From a phage: a stretch of 64,000 nucleotides of DNA. Under the pieces are notes generated by a model, which saw only the letters and a list, made by a program, of their open reading frames with translations, was not told the origin of the DNA and made no database searches. The stretch lies in the NCBI GenBank assembly GCA_012178725.1, contig GCA_012178725.1_3030.1. One strand, given 5' to 3'. Each line of letters starts with the position of its first letter. Within the stretch, counting starts at the first letter, position 1. Position numbers and translations under genes: made by a program. Shown here piece after piece: positions 27,678 to 37,498 of this stretch.

Positions 27678-27714
27678 ATTGTTCTCTATTCAATTGTTAT
27701 TGGATGGACTTAGA

Positions 27715-27747
27715 TTCATTATACCACGTTTATACGTGAAGCATTAT
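27715..27747 (-). promoter_or_regulatory. Middle (MotA-dependent) promoter for uvsY: MotA box aatgcttca, 13 nt, TATAAT
   Basis: Box and -10 read on the minus strand about 40 nt upstream of the ATG. Confidence 0.55.
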
Positions 27748-28142
27748 ACTCTATTACTAGAAGCCAGTTGCAGTTTTATCTGCTCAATATCATCAGGGTT
27801 ATCGATGACTGAAAAGCGTATTTCTACTATCAGAGTATAATCATCATAAACTGGTATCACATTAACTGCTAATTTATCAATACGTGGCTCGTAGTTTCTT
27901 ACTGCGCTTTCAATGTTACGCTCAACAGTATCAGCAGTAAGAGGAGTCATATTCTCAAAAAGCTGGTCAGATAAATCGCATCCAAATTCTGGGTCAAATG
28001 GCCTTGACCCTTTCCTGGTTGTAATAATTCCTAAAAGGCTATTTTTAATTGACCTTAATCCAAGCGATCTGGAAACGTCTTTGTCCCAGTCCATTTTCAT
28101 TTCTGGGTCAATGTCAGAATAAAGCTTATTAATATTTGCCAT
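27744..28142 (-). CDS. 25: Baseplate wedge protein gp25
   Basis: 132 aa; [28 protein letters not shown]... Confidence 0.95.
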   Translation of the reverse strand: MANINKLYSDIDPEMKMDWDKDVSRSLGLRSIKNSLLGIITTRKGSRPFDPEFGCDLSDQLFENMTPLTADTVERNIESAVRNYEPRIDKLAVNVIPVYDDYTLIVEIRFSVIDNPDDIEQIKLQLASSNRV

Positions 28143-28768
28143 TACAATAGCTCAAAGAATTCTTTGAGTCCTCTTATTACATGAGCGTGAGTTTTTCCAC
28201 ACTCTGGACACTTAATTGGAACAGCCAAATAAACAGTAGGCTTTAAAAGCATATCTTTTATAGCTACAATATCTGACTCTGTGATGATAGAATATAAATC
28301 TTCCAGTTCTTTTTCATTTAAGTCTTCAACTGGAATGCTTTCCCCGTTAGCGTGAATCGTTTCTATGCATGATACTATCATGTGGGCTATATTTTTATCA
28401 TCAAAAATTTTGGGGTAATGGAACTTAATTTTAATGTCACCCAGTGTATACCAGAGGTCTTCTGGTGCATCTATTTGCGTATGTAATAGATTTATATGGG
28501 TTGGTATTTCAGTTCCACAGGTGCACTTCCAGGAGTTTTCGTGATTAACTTCCCCAAGAGAATGTGCCCATAAATGAATCAACAAGAGTTCTGATTCTTG
28601 GCGGTTTAAATCTTTTGCATTTGTGCAGTCTTTGATTAGCTTTTTAACAATTACTTCTACAGAACCATTATTTTTGGCAGTAATAAGTTCTAGATATTCT
28701 TTAAGCTTGAATGCGCGACAATTGATTATTTTAGAACCAACTCTCACATCAAATTTGTATTCATACAT
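28142..28768 (-). CDS. 26: Baseplate hub protein gp26
   Basis: 208 aa; position. Confidence 0.9.
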   Translation of the reverse strand: MYEYKFDVRVGSKIINCRAFKLKEYLELITAKNNGSVEVIVKKLIKDCTNAKDLNRQESELLLIHLWAHSLGEVNHENSWKCTCGTEIPTHINLLHTQIDAPEDLWYTLGDIKIKFHYPKIFDDKNIAHMIVSCIETIHANGESIPVEDLNEKELEDLYSIITESDIVAIKDMLLKPTVYLAVPIKCPECGKTHAHVIRGLKEFFELL

Positions 28769-28791
28769 ATTTAGCTCCTTTATTTATCATA

Positions 28792-28801
28792 TTTATAAAT
28801 A
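28792..28801. promoter_or_regulatory. Palindromic late promoter core (atttataaat) between divergent genes 26 and 51; reads TATAAATA on both strands
   Basis: Read directly. Confidence 0.55.
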
Positions 28802-28818
28802 GAATAAAAGGAGCATCT

Positions 28819-29568
28819 ATGGCAAACATTATTCGTTGTAAATTACCAGATGGTGTTCATCGTTTTAAACCATTTACGGTAGAAGATTATCGAGATTTTT
28901 TGTTAGTTCGAAACGATATAGAACATCGGTCACCACAAGAACAGAAAGAAATAATTACTGATTTAATTGATGATTATTTTGGAGACTATCCGAAGACTTG
29001 GCAACCATTTATATTTTTGCAGGTATTTGTAGGGTCAATAGGTAAAACAAAAGTACCGGTCACATTTGTATGTCCAAAATGTAAAAAAGAAAAGACAGTT
29101 CCATTTGAAATATATCAAAAAGAATTAAAGGAACCTGTTTTTGATGTAGCTAATGTTAAAATTAAATTAAAGTTTCCTTCTGAGTTTTATGAAAATAAAG
29201 CAAAGATGATTACTGAAAATATTCATTCTGTTCAAGTAGATGAAATATGGTATGATTGGAAGGAAATTAGTGAATCCAGTCAAATAGAACTTGTTGATGC
29301 CATCGAGATAGAAACATTAGAAAAAATTCTCGATGCAATGAATCCTATTAATTTAACTCTACATATGTCATGCTGTAATAAGTACATTAAAAAATACACT
29401 GATATAGTAGACGTGTTTAAGCTATTAGTTAACCCAGATGAGATATTTACTTTTTATCAAATTAATCACACACTCGTAAAAAGTAATTATAGCTTAAATT
29501 CAATAATGAAAATGATTCCTGCCGAGCGCGGATTCGTATTAAAACTGATTGAGAAGGATAAACAATAA
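28819..29568 (+). CDS. 51: Baseplate hub assembly protein gp51
   Basis: 249 aa; position. Confidence 0.9.
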   Translation: MANIIRCKLPDGVHRFKPFTVEDYRDFLLVRNDIEHRSPQEQKEIITDLIDDYFGDYPKTWQPFIFLQVFVGSIGKTKVPVTFVCPKCKKEKTVPFEIYQKELKEPVFDVANVKIKLKFPSEFYENKAKMITENIHSVQVDEIWYDWKEISESSQIELVDAIEIETLEKILDAMNPINLTLHMSCCNKYIKKYTDIVDVFKLLVNPDEIFTFYQINHTLVKSNYSLNSIMKMIPAERGFVLKLIEKDKQ

Positions 29569-30743
29569 TGAGTATGTTGCAACGCCCCGGATATCCAAAT
29601 CTCAGCGTTAAATTATTTGATAGCTACGACGCTTGGAGTAATAATAGATTTGTTGAATTAGCTGCTACTATTACTACATTAACTATGCGGGATTCTCTTT
29701 ATGGCCGAAATGAAGGAATGCTGCAGTTTTATGATTCTAAAAACATCCATACAAAAATGGATGGAAATGAAATAATTCAGATTTCTGTAGCTAATGCAAA
29801 TGATATTAATAATGTTAAAACACGAATTTATGGATGTAAGCATTTTTCCGTGTCAGTAGATTCAAAAGGTGATAACATCATTGCTATTGAATTGGGAACT
29901 ATTCATTCTATAGAAAATCTTAAATTTGGTAGACCATTTTTCCCTGATGCAGGTGAATCTATAAAAGAAATGCTTGGCGTCATTTATCAGGATCGCACAT
30001 TATTAACTCCAGCAATAAATGCTATAAATGCTTATGTTCCTGATATTCCGTGGACTAGCACATTTGAAAACTATTTGTCATATGTAAGAGAAGTTGCTCT
30101 AGCTGTAGGAAGCGACAAATTTGTATTTGTGTGGCAAGACATCATGGGAGTTAACATGATGGACTATGATATGATGATAAATCAAGAACCATATCCAATG
30201 ATTGTTGGTGAGCCATCTTTAATAGGTCAATTTGTCCAAGAATTAAAATACCCATTAGCATATGATTTTGTTTGGTTGACTAAATCGAATCCTCACAAAC
30301 GTGACCCAATGAAAAATGCTACTATCTATGCTCATTCATTTTTAGATTCTTCACTGCCAATGATTACTACAGGAAAGGGTGAAAACTCTATTGTAGTGTC
30401 AAGGTCAGGTGCTTATTCTGAACTGACTTATAGGAATGGATATGAAGAAGCTATTCGTCTTCAAACTATGGCACAATATGACGGCTATGCTAAATGTTCT
30501 ACTGTCGGTAATTTTAACTTGACTCCTGGTGTTAAAATTATTTTTAATGATAGTAAAAACCAATTTAAAACAGAATTTTACGTTGATGAAGTCATCCATG
30601 AATTATCCAATAATAATTCAGTAACTCATCTATATATGTTCACTAATGCAACGAAACTGGAAACAATAGACCCAGTTAAGGTTAAAAATGAATTTAAATC
30701 TGATACTACCACTGAAGAAAGTAGTTCTTCCAATAAGCAATAA
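29568..30743 (+). CDS. 27: Baseplate hub protein gp27
   Basis: 391 aa. Confidence 0.9.
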   Translation: MSMLQRPGYPNLSVKLFDSYDAWSNNRFVELAATITTLTMRDSLYGRNEGMLQFYDSKNIHTKMDGNEIIQISVANANDINNVKTRIYGCKHFSVSVDSKGDNIIAIELGTIHSIENLKFGRPFFPDAGESIKEMLGVIYQDRTLLTPAINAINAYVPDIPWTSTFENYLSYVREVALAVGSDKFVFVWQDIMGVNMMDYDMMINQEPYPMIVGEPSLIGQFVQELKYPLAYDFVWLTKSNPHKRDPMKNATIYAHSFLDSSLPMITTGKGENSIVVSRSGAYSELTYRNGYEEAIRLQTMAQYDGYAKCSTVGNFNLTPGVKIIFNDSKNQFKTEFYVDEVIHELSNNNSVTHLYMFTNATKLETIDPVKVKNEFKSDTTTEESSSSNKQ

Positions 30744-31221
30744 AGAAGTTTCTATTCCTAAAATGGGTCTTAAACACTATAACATTTTAAAAGATGTTAA
30801 AGGTCCTGATGAAAATTTAAAACTTCTTATTGATTCTATTTGTCCGAATTTATCACCGGCAGAAGTTGATTTCGTTTCTATTCATTTATTGGAATTTAAT
30901 GGAAAGATTAAATCTCGTAAAGAAATAGATGGTTATACTTATGACATTAATGATGTTTATGTGTGCCAAAGATTAGAATTTCAATACCAAGGAAATACAT
31001 TTTATTTTAGACCTCCTGGAAAATTTGAACAATTTTTAACGGTGAGCGATATGTTATCTAAATGCTTACTTAAGGTCAATGATGAAGTTAAAGAAATTAA
31101 TTTTCTTGAGATGCCAGCATTCGTTTTAAAATGGGCAAATGATATTTTTACAACTTTAGCAATTCCTGGCCCTAATGGTCCAATAACTGGAATTGGCAAT
31201 ATTATTGGATTATTTGAATGA
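30688..31221 (+). CDS. 28: Baseplate hub distal subunit gp28
   Basis: 177 aa; overlaps the gp27 3' end. Confidence 0.85.
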   Translation: MNLNLILPLKKVVLPISNKEVSIPKMGLKHYNILKDVKGPDENLKLLIDSICPNLSPAEVDFVSIHLLEFNGKIKSRKEIDGYTYDINDVYVCQRLEFQYQGNTFYFRPPGKFEQFLTVSDMLSKCLLKVNDEVKEINFLEMPAFVLKWANDIFTTLAIPGPNGPITGIGNIIGLFE

Positions 31222-32990
31222 AAAAGCCACAAGAAATGCAAACGATGCGTAGAAAAGTTATTTCAGATAATAAACCAACACAGGAAGCGGCTAAATCCGC
31301 TTCTAACACTTTATCTGGACTTAACGATATATCTACGAAATTGGATGATGCTCAAGCTGCCTCTGAATTAATAGCTCAAACTGTCGAAGAAAAATCGAAT
31401 GAAATAGTTGGAGCAATTGGTAACGTAGAAAGCGCAGTGAGTGATACTACTGCCGGTTCTGAGTTAATTGCTGAAACTGTCGAAATTGGCAATAATATTA
31501 ATAAAGAAATCGGTGAATCACTCGGAAGTAAATTAGATAAATTAACAAGTTTACTAGAGCAAAAAATTCAGACAGCTGGAATTCAACAGACTGGAACTAG
31601 TTTAGCCACGGTTGAAAGCGCTATTCCTGTTAAAGTCGTTGAGGATGATACCGCTGAATCTGTGGGTCCTTTATTACCAGCTCCTGAAGCAGTTAATAAT
31701 GATCCTGACGCTGATTTTTTCCCTACTCCTCAGCCAGTTGAACCCAAGCAAGAATCGCCAGAAGAAAAACAGAAAAAAGAAGCATTTAACTTAAAATTAT
31801 CTCAAGCTTTAGATAAATTAACAAAGACTGTTGATTTTGGATTTAAGAAATCCATTTCAATCAGTGATAAAATATCAAGCATGTTATTTAAGTACACCAT
31901 CAGTGCTGCTATTGAAGCTGCTAAAATGACTGCAATGATATTAGCTGTTGTTGTTGGAATAGACCTTTTGATGGTTCACTTTAAATACTGGTCAGATAAA
32001 TTTTCAAAAGCCTGGGATTTATTTAATACTGACTTTACTAAATTCTCTAGCGAAACCGGAACATGGGGTCCTTTATTACAGAGCATCTTTGATTCTATTG
32101 ATAAAATTAAACAACTTTGGGAAGCGGGAGATTGGGGTGGATTGACAGCAGCTATTGTTGAAGGACTCGGAAGTGTTCTTTTTAATTTAGGAGAGCTTAT
32201 TCAATTAGGTATGGCTAAATTATCTGCTGCAATTCTTCGAGTCATTCCTGGTATGAAGGATACCGCTGATGAAGTAGAAGGAAGAGCATTGGAAAATTTC
32301 CAAAATTCTACTGGAGCATCTCTCAATAAAGAAGACCAAGAAAAAGTTGCAAATTATCAAGATAAACGAATGAATGGAGACCTTGGTCCGATAGCAAAAG
32401 GATTAGATAAAATTGCTAATTGGAAAACTCGTGCATCTAATTGGATTCGTGGGGTTGATAATAAAGAAGCACTAACTACCGACGAAGAACGCGCAGCAGA
32501 AGAAGAAAAATTAAAGCAACTTTCACCTGAAGAAAGAAAAAATGCTTTAATGAAGGCTAATGAAGCACGTGCCGCGATGATTCGTTTTGAAAAATATGCT
32601 GATTCAGCTGATATGAGTAAAGACTCAACGGTTAAATCAGTTGAAGCTGCCTATGAAGACCTTAAAAAACGGATGGATGACCCGGATTTAAATAATTCAC
32701 CGGCAGTTAAAAAAGAACTTGCTGCTAGATTTTCTAAAATTGATGCTACTTATCAAGAGCTCAAGAAAAATCAGCCTAATGCCAAACCTGAAACTTCTGC
32801 TAAATCACCAGAAGCGAAACAAGTCCAGGTGATTGAAAAGAACAAAGCACAGCAAGCTCCTGTTCAACAAGCATCTCCTTCGATCAATAATACTAATAAT
32901 GTTATTAAGAAAAATACTGTCGTTCATAATATGACACCTGTCACAAGCACAACTGCTCCTGGTGTATTTGATGCGACTGGGGTTAATTAA
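31218..32990 (+). CDS. 29: Tail tape measure / baseplate hub protein gp29
   Basis: 590 aa. Confidence 0.9.
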   Translation: MKKPQEMQTMRRKVISDNKPTQEAAKSASNTLSGLNDISTKLDDAQAASELIAQTVEEKSNEIVGAIGNVESAVSDTTAGSELIAETVEIGNNINKEIGESLGSKLDKLTSLLEQKIQTAGIQQTGTSLATVESAIPVKVVEDDTAESVGPLLPAPEAVNNDPDADFFPTPQPVEPKQESPEEKQKKEAFNLKLSQALDKLTKTVDFGFKKSISISDKISSMLFKYTISAAIEAAKMTAMILAVVVGIDLLMVHFKYWSDKFSKAWDLFNTDFTKFSSETGTWGPLLQSIFDSIDKIKQLWEAGDWGGLTAAIVEGLGSVLFNLGELIQLGMAKLSAAILRVIPGMKDTADEVEGRALENFQNSTGASLNKEDQEKVANYQDKRMNGDLGPIAKGLDKIANWKTRASNWIRGVDNKEALTTDEERAAEEEKLKQLSPEERKNALMKANEARAAMIRFEKYADSADMSKDSTVKSVEAAYEDLKKRMDDPDLNNSPAVKKELAARFSKIDATYQELKKNQPNAKPETSAKSPEAKQVQVIEKNKAQQAPVQQASPSINNTNNVIKKNTVVHNMTPVTSTTAPGVFDATGVN

Positions 32991-32998
32991 GGAATAAT

Positions 32999-34093
32999 AT
33001 GGCAATTGTTAAAGAAATAACTGCTGATTTAATTAAAAAGTCCGGTGAGAAAATTTCAGCCGGGCAGAGTACTAAATCAGAAGTAGGAACTAAAACATAC
33101 ACAGCCCAGTTTCCAACTGGGCGTGCTAGTGGTAATGACACTACAGGGGACTTCCAGGTAACAGATCTATATAAGAATGGATTATTATTTACTGCATACA
33201 ATATGTCATCTAGGGATTCTGGAAGTCTTAGATCGATGAGATCTAACTACTCTTCTTCATCTTCGAGTATTTTACGTACAGCTAGAAACACTATTAGTAG
33301 TACAGTATCAAAACTATCAAATGGATTAATATCAAATAATAATTCAGGAACAATAAGTAAAGCTCCTATCGCAAACATTCTTTTACCGAGATCTAAATCT
33401 GATGTTGATACATCATCACATAGATTTAATGATGTTCAAGAAAGCCTTATCAGTAGAGGCGGAGGTACTGCTACTGGTGTGCTAAGTAATATTGCTTCAA
33501 CCGCAGTATTTGGGGCACTGGAAAGTATAACACAAGGTATAATGGCTGATAATAATGAACAGATTTATACGACAGCCAGAAGTATGTATGGTGGTGCTGA
33601 AAATAGAACTAAAGTGTTTACATGGGATTTGACTCCACGTTCAACAGAAGATTTAATGGCTATTATTAATATCTATCAATATTTTAACTATTTTTCTTAT
33701 GGTGAAACGGGTAAATCTCAATATGCTGCTGAAATAAAGGGGTATTTAGATGATTGGTATCGTTCTACGTTAATTGAACCTTTATCTCCGGAAGACGCAG
33801 CTAAAAATAAAACACTATTTGAGAAAATGACATCGAGTTTAACTAACGTTCTAGTGGTTTCAAACCCGACAATTTGGATGGTGAAAAACTTTGGTGCAAC
33901 ATCTAAGTTTGATGGAAAAACGGAAATATTTGGTCCATGCCAAATACAGAGCATCAGATTTGATAAAACACCTAATGGTAACTTTAATGGATTAGCTATT
34001 GCTCCAAACCTCCCTAGTACATTTACTCTCGAGATTACTATGAGAGAAATTATCACGTTAAACCGTGCTTCTTTATATGCGGGGACTTTTTAA
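32999..34093 (+). CDS. 48: Baseplate tail tube cap gp48
   Basis: 364 aa. Confidence 0.9.
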   Translation: MAIVKEITADLIKKSGEKISAGQSTKSEVGTKTYTAQFPTGRASGNDTTGDFQVTDLYKNGLLFTAYNMSSRDSGSLRSMRSNYSSSSSSILRTARNTISSTVSKLSNGLISNNNSGTISKAPIANILLPRSKSDVDTSSHRFNDVQESLISRGGGTATGVLSNIASTAVFGALESITQGIMADNNEQIYTTARSMYGGAENRTKVFTWDLTPRSTEDLMAIINIYQYFNYFSYGETGKSQYAAEIKGYLDDWYRSTLIEPLSPEDAAKNKTLFEKMTSSLTNVLVVSNPTIWMVKNFGATSKFDGKTEIFGPCQIQSIRFDKTPNGNFNGLAIAPNLPSTFTLEITMREIITLNRASLYAGTF

Positions 34094-35058
34094 TGTATTC
34101 TTTAGAGGAATTTAATAATCAAGCAATAAACGCAGATTTCCAACGTAATAATATGTTTAGCTGCGTTTTTGCGACAACTCCATCAACTAAAAGCTCTTCG
34201 TTGATAAGTTCAATTAGCAACTTTTCTTATAATAACTTGGGCCTAAATTCAGATTGGTTAGGATTAACTCAAGGCGATATTAATCAGGGAATTACCACGC
34301 TAATTACAGCTGGCACACAAAAACTGATAAGAAAATCAGGGGTTAGTAAATATCTTATTGGTGCCATGAGTCAACGCACAGTTCAAAGTTTATTAGGCTC
34401 ATTTACAGTTGGTACATATTTAATTGACTTCTTTAACATGGCATATAACTCATCTGGATTGATGATATATTCTGTAAAAATGCCAGAGAATAGATTATCC
34501 TATGAAACTGACTGGAACTATAATTCTCCTAATATTCGTATAACTGGAAGAGAATTAGACCCTTTGGTTATTTCATTTAGAATGGATTCAGAAGCTTGTA
34601 ACTATCGTGCAATGCAAGACTGGGTTAACTCTGTTCAAGACCCAGTAACTGGATTACGTGCTTTGCCACAAGATGTCGAGGCAGATATTCAGGTTAATCT
34701 TCATGCTCGTAATGGATTACCTCATACTGCAGTGATGTTCACTGGCTGTATTCCAATATCTGTGAGTGCTCCTGAGTTATCATATGATGGAGATAACCAA
34801 ATAACTACATTTGATGTTACTTTCGCTTATAGAGTCATGCAGGCTGGAGCAGTTGATAGACAAGCTGCCCTTGAATGGCTTGAATCTGCTACTATAAATG
34901 GTATTCAAAGCGTTCTCGGAAATAGTGGAGGTGTTACTGGACTATCTAATTCGCTTTCACGACTTAGTAGATTAGGGGGAACTGCAGGAAGCATTTCAAA
35001 TATTAATACTATGACAGGAATTGTCAATTCGCAAAGTAAAATATTGGGAGCAATATAA
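34093..35058 (+). CDS. 54: Baseplate tail tube initiator gp54
   Basis: 321 aa. Confidence 0.9.
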   Translation: MYSLEEFNNQAINADFQRNNMFSCVFATTPSTKSSSLISSISNFSYNNLGLNSDWLGLTQGDINQGITTLITAGTQKLIRKSGVSKYLIGAMSQRTVQSLLGSFTVGTYLIDFFNMAYNSSGLMIYSVKMPENRLSYETDWNYNSPNIRITGRELDPLVISFRMDSEACNYRAMQDWVNSVQDPVTGLRALPQDVEADIQVNLHARNGLPHTAVMFTGCIPISVSAPELSYDGDNQITTFDVTFAYRVMQAGAVDRQAALEWLESATINGIQSVLGNSGGVTGLSNSLSRLSRLGGTAGSISNINTMTGIVNSQSKILGAI

Positions 35059-35062
35059 CAAT

Positions 35063-35080
35063 GGGGACCTTTCGGTCCCC
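35063..35080. terminator. Intrinsic terminator ggggacc-tttc-ggtcccc plus T-rich tract after gene 54
   Basis: Perfect 7-bp stem followed by atatttttattt. Confidence 0.7.
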
Positions 35081-35086
35081 ATATTT

Positions 35087-35377
35087 TTATTTACGGAATG
35101 AAATGAAAGCAGAAACTGAAGCAACTAAACTGTCTTCAATATAAACTTCAATTTTTACCGGAGCTTCTGACTCAAATTTACCTGTTACTACACCCTGAAA
35201 AATACTTTCAGTTTGTTCTGGCTTTGAAAAATTTTCAGAAGGAAAAATTCCGAACTTTTTATCTGTTCCAAAAATTTTAATAAATTCATCGTAAACTGCT
35301 TCATTAAAAGCATTATCAGCAGGAATAACGCCTTCAACTACAAGTTCTTGACCTAAAAAGCGCAAAGAAGATTTCAT
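35087..35377 (-). CDS. Hypothetical protein (alt.-3 position)
   Basis: 96 aa ORF with GAGGAA Shine-Dalgarno and its own early promoter. Confidence 0.6.
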   Translation of the reverse strand: MKSSLRFLGQELVVEGVIPADNAFNEAVYDEFIKIFGTDKKFGIFPSENFSKPEQTESIFQGVVTGKFESEAPVKIEVYIEDSLVASVSAFISFRK

Positions 35378-35404
35378 TTTGTGTTCCTCATGTTATGTCA
35401 GTAA

Positions 35405-35440
35405 GACTACTATAACACAACATAAGGGACTTGTAAACTA
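35405..35440 (-). promoter_or_regulatory. Early promoter GTTTAC-N18-TGtTATAGT (T4 early class)
   Basis: -35 GTTTAC at 35433-35438 and extended -10 at 35409-35417 on the minus strand. Confidence 0.6.
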
Positions 35441-37495
35441 CATTTTGAACTTTTTAGACATTCCGTTGATGTTAACCAAAGAAGCCAAGATTTGAGAAAC
35501 TTCGTTTTCCTCTTCTTTTGATTCTTCTACAAGAAATTGATTAAATCCAGCCATTGGACGAACTTCACCAGTTTCCATTAAATGGTCGCCATCATATACC
35601 GATTCCTCTAATTGTTCAGAAGGAGGAACGATTGTACCTTCGATTAGATACTTGTTATAAGCAGTTTCTTTCATAAAGTACGTACTTACTTTATTAATCT
35701 TCAGTAAAATTCCACGCGGTAGAATAACTTCAGCTTCTGATGGAAATCCTGATAAATGACCTGGAACGATAACTTTGATTCGCTCAGCTCCTTTAATTAC
35801 CATACCCACGCTAGTTTCAGCATCTTCATTAGCATATGTAGAATGACTACCCATATGCATCAAATCTTCTGCGTCAACTGAACCTTCTCCTTCACCAGAA
35901 AATACTGCGCCGGAATCATCTAGAGCCATATAGTTTTTACCATGCTCACCGAAGATATTTGGTTTAAGAGATGTGGATACGAAGTTCTTGAAATAGAACA
36001 TTTTGTTTTCAATGTTATGACGCAAAGTTTTAAAGGTAACTTCTTGTCCGCGATAAAGCGTAGTTCCTGGAGGAAGAACTGAACCTTTAGCGAATGCAGA
36101 ATCCAACGTCTCGATGTGCTTAATAGCTCGTTCCATATATTCTTCACGGGTAGAATCTGGTTTACCCAAAAGGAACGAGTTCATTTCAACATATGAATCT
36201 GCACAATAATCTTCAATTACATCAGATTCGGCCTGAGTCAGTCCTTTTGGAGTTACTTCAGTGCTTGCGTATTCATATGCCTGGGCAGCAGATTCATTAA
36301 TCAATTTATAAATGCCATTCATGACAAATTGAATAATAGCTGTCTTTTCATCTGGCGTAGCTTTAGAACCTTTAACTAAATCATTAATAATTTTCTTAAT
36401 AACATCAAAGCTATTAGAAATATTAATGTCAGCAAGATCGCTTAAAATTTTATCAGTTTTATAATCAAAGAATTCTTTATTCTTTAAATATTCTTGAGAA
36501 CCTTGATATGTTATATCGCTCTGCAACTTGATAGATGGATCACGTAAACGTGCGTGGGCCAATGCAATATGATTTCGGAAGTTTTCTAGTTCATAATCGC
36601 TAGATTTAAAACGAGAAGCACTTCTCATACCACCGATAGCTCCTTTGCTGAAGTTTGAACCAATCTGGATAACGCCAGAGTTCATCGGACCTTCTGCTTT
36701 ATATACCGGAACTTTAGATTCAAACTCTTGATATTTCTTTGCAGCGAAGCTATCACCCTGAAGTGAAGCATCGACAGTAGAATATTGAGCTTGTGCTGCT
36801 AATCGACGACTAATTTTAGTTTTTTGAATAACAGCTTGATCCGTGCGCTTATCATTTTCTAAAGCAATAGAAGCAGCAACAGCGACAGCTTTAGGAACAG
36901 CATTACCTGTTTTAACATCTACATAAACATCACCGACCTTTGATTCAACTTTTGTGAATAACTCAGTTGAAATAGGAGGTACACCTGGAATGTCTTCTAA
37001 ATTGGCATTTTTACGGTAAACCATAATATATGCATATTTCTTATCATAGTCCCAGATTTCCTTTAAAAGAACATATCGACCTGCTCCTTTAGTACGTACT
37101 AAACGGTCAGCAATAACTTGCATTTGACGAGCAGCGCCATTTGTTTTACTCTTTAGTACACGGAATAAGCACGCGTCAATTTTATACTGCTTCATTGTTT
37201 GAAGAGCAGTATCAAAAACAGCATTAATGACGCCAATTGGATTTCCACCCAAGTTTCTAAGCTTAACCAGTGATAATTTCTCGTTGACACCTATCATTAC
37301 GATATGCATCATTTTATCGCCTGGCTTAACGTTTTTATTTGTATCACCACCAGAGGTGTATGTACAAAATCTAAATCCAGGAAGCACGCTTTCTTCGCCG
37401 GCTTGAATAGCAAAAATTTGTGGTATTTTATGCTTAGGATTTAAGTTAACAACCGGCGCCGAAGCGCCGTCAAATAATTCTGTAATAAGTTCCAT
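35438..37495 (-). CDS. Alt-like ADP-ribosyltransferase paralog (distal copy)
   Basis: 685 aa; MELITELFD N-terminus; conserved YRGQ and FYFKNFVSTSL ART-like motifs; C-terminal VYDGDHLMETGE shared with the adjacent Alt. Confidence 0.85.
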   Translation of the reverse strand: MELITELFDGASAPVVNLNPKHKIPQIFAIQAGEESVLPGFRFCTYTSGGDTNKNVKPGDKMMHIVMIGVNEKLSLVKLRNLGGNPIGVINAVFDTALQTMKQYKIDACLFRVLKSKTNGAARQMQVIADRLVRTKGAGRYVLLKEIWDYDKKYAYIMVYRKNANLEDIPGVPPISTELFTKVESKVGDVYVDVKTGNAVPKAVAVAASIALENDKRTDQAVIQKTKISRRLAAQAQYSTVDASLQGDSFAAKKYQEFESKVPVYKAEGPMNSGVIQIGSNFSKGAIGGMRSASRFKSSDYELENFRNHIALAHARLRDPSIKLQSDITYQGSQEYLKNKEFFDYKTDKILSDLADINISNSFDVIKKIINDLVKGSKATPDEKTAIIQFVMNGIYKLINESAAQAYEYASTEVTPKGLTQAESDVIEDYCADSYVEMNSFLLGKPDSTREEYMERAIKHIETLDSAFAKGSVLPPGTTLYRGQEVTFKTLRHNIENKMFYFKNFVSTSLKPNIFGEHGKNYMALDDSGAVFSGEGEGSVDAEDLMHMGSHSTYANEDAETSVGMVIKGAERIKVIVPGHLSGFPSEAEVILPRGILLKINKVSTYFMKETAYNKYLIEGTIVPPSEQLEESVYDGDHLMETGEVRPMAGFNQFLVEESKEEENEVSQILASLVNINGMSKKFKM

Positions 37496-37498
37496 GAT

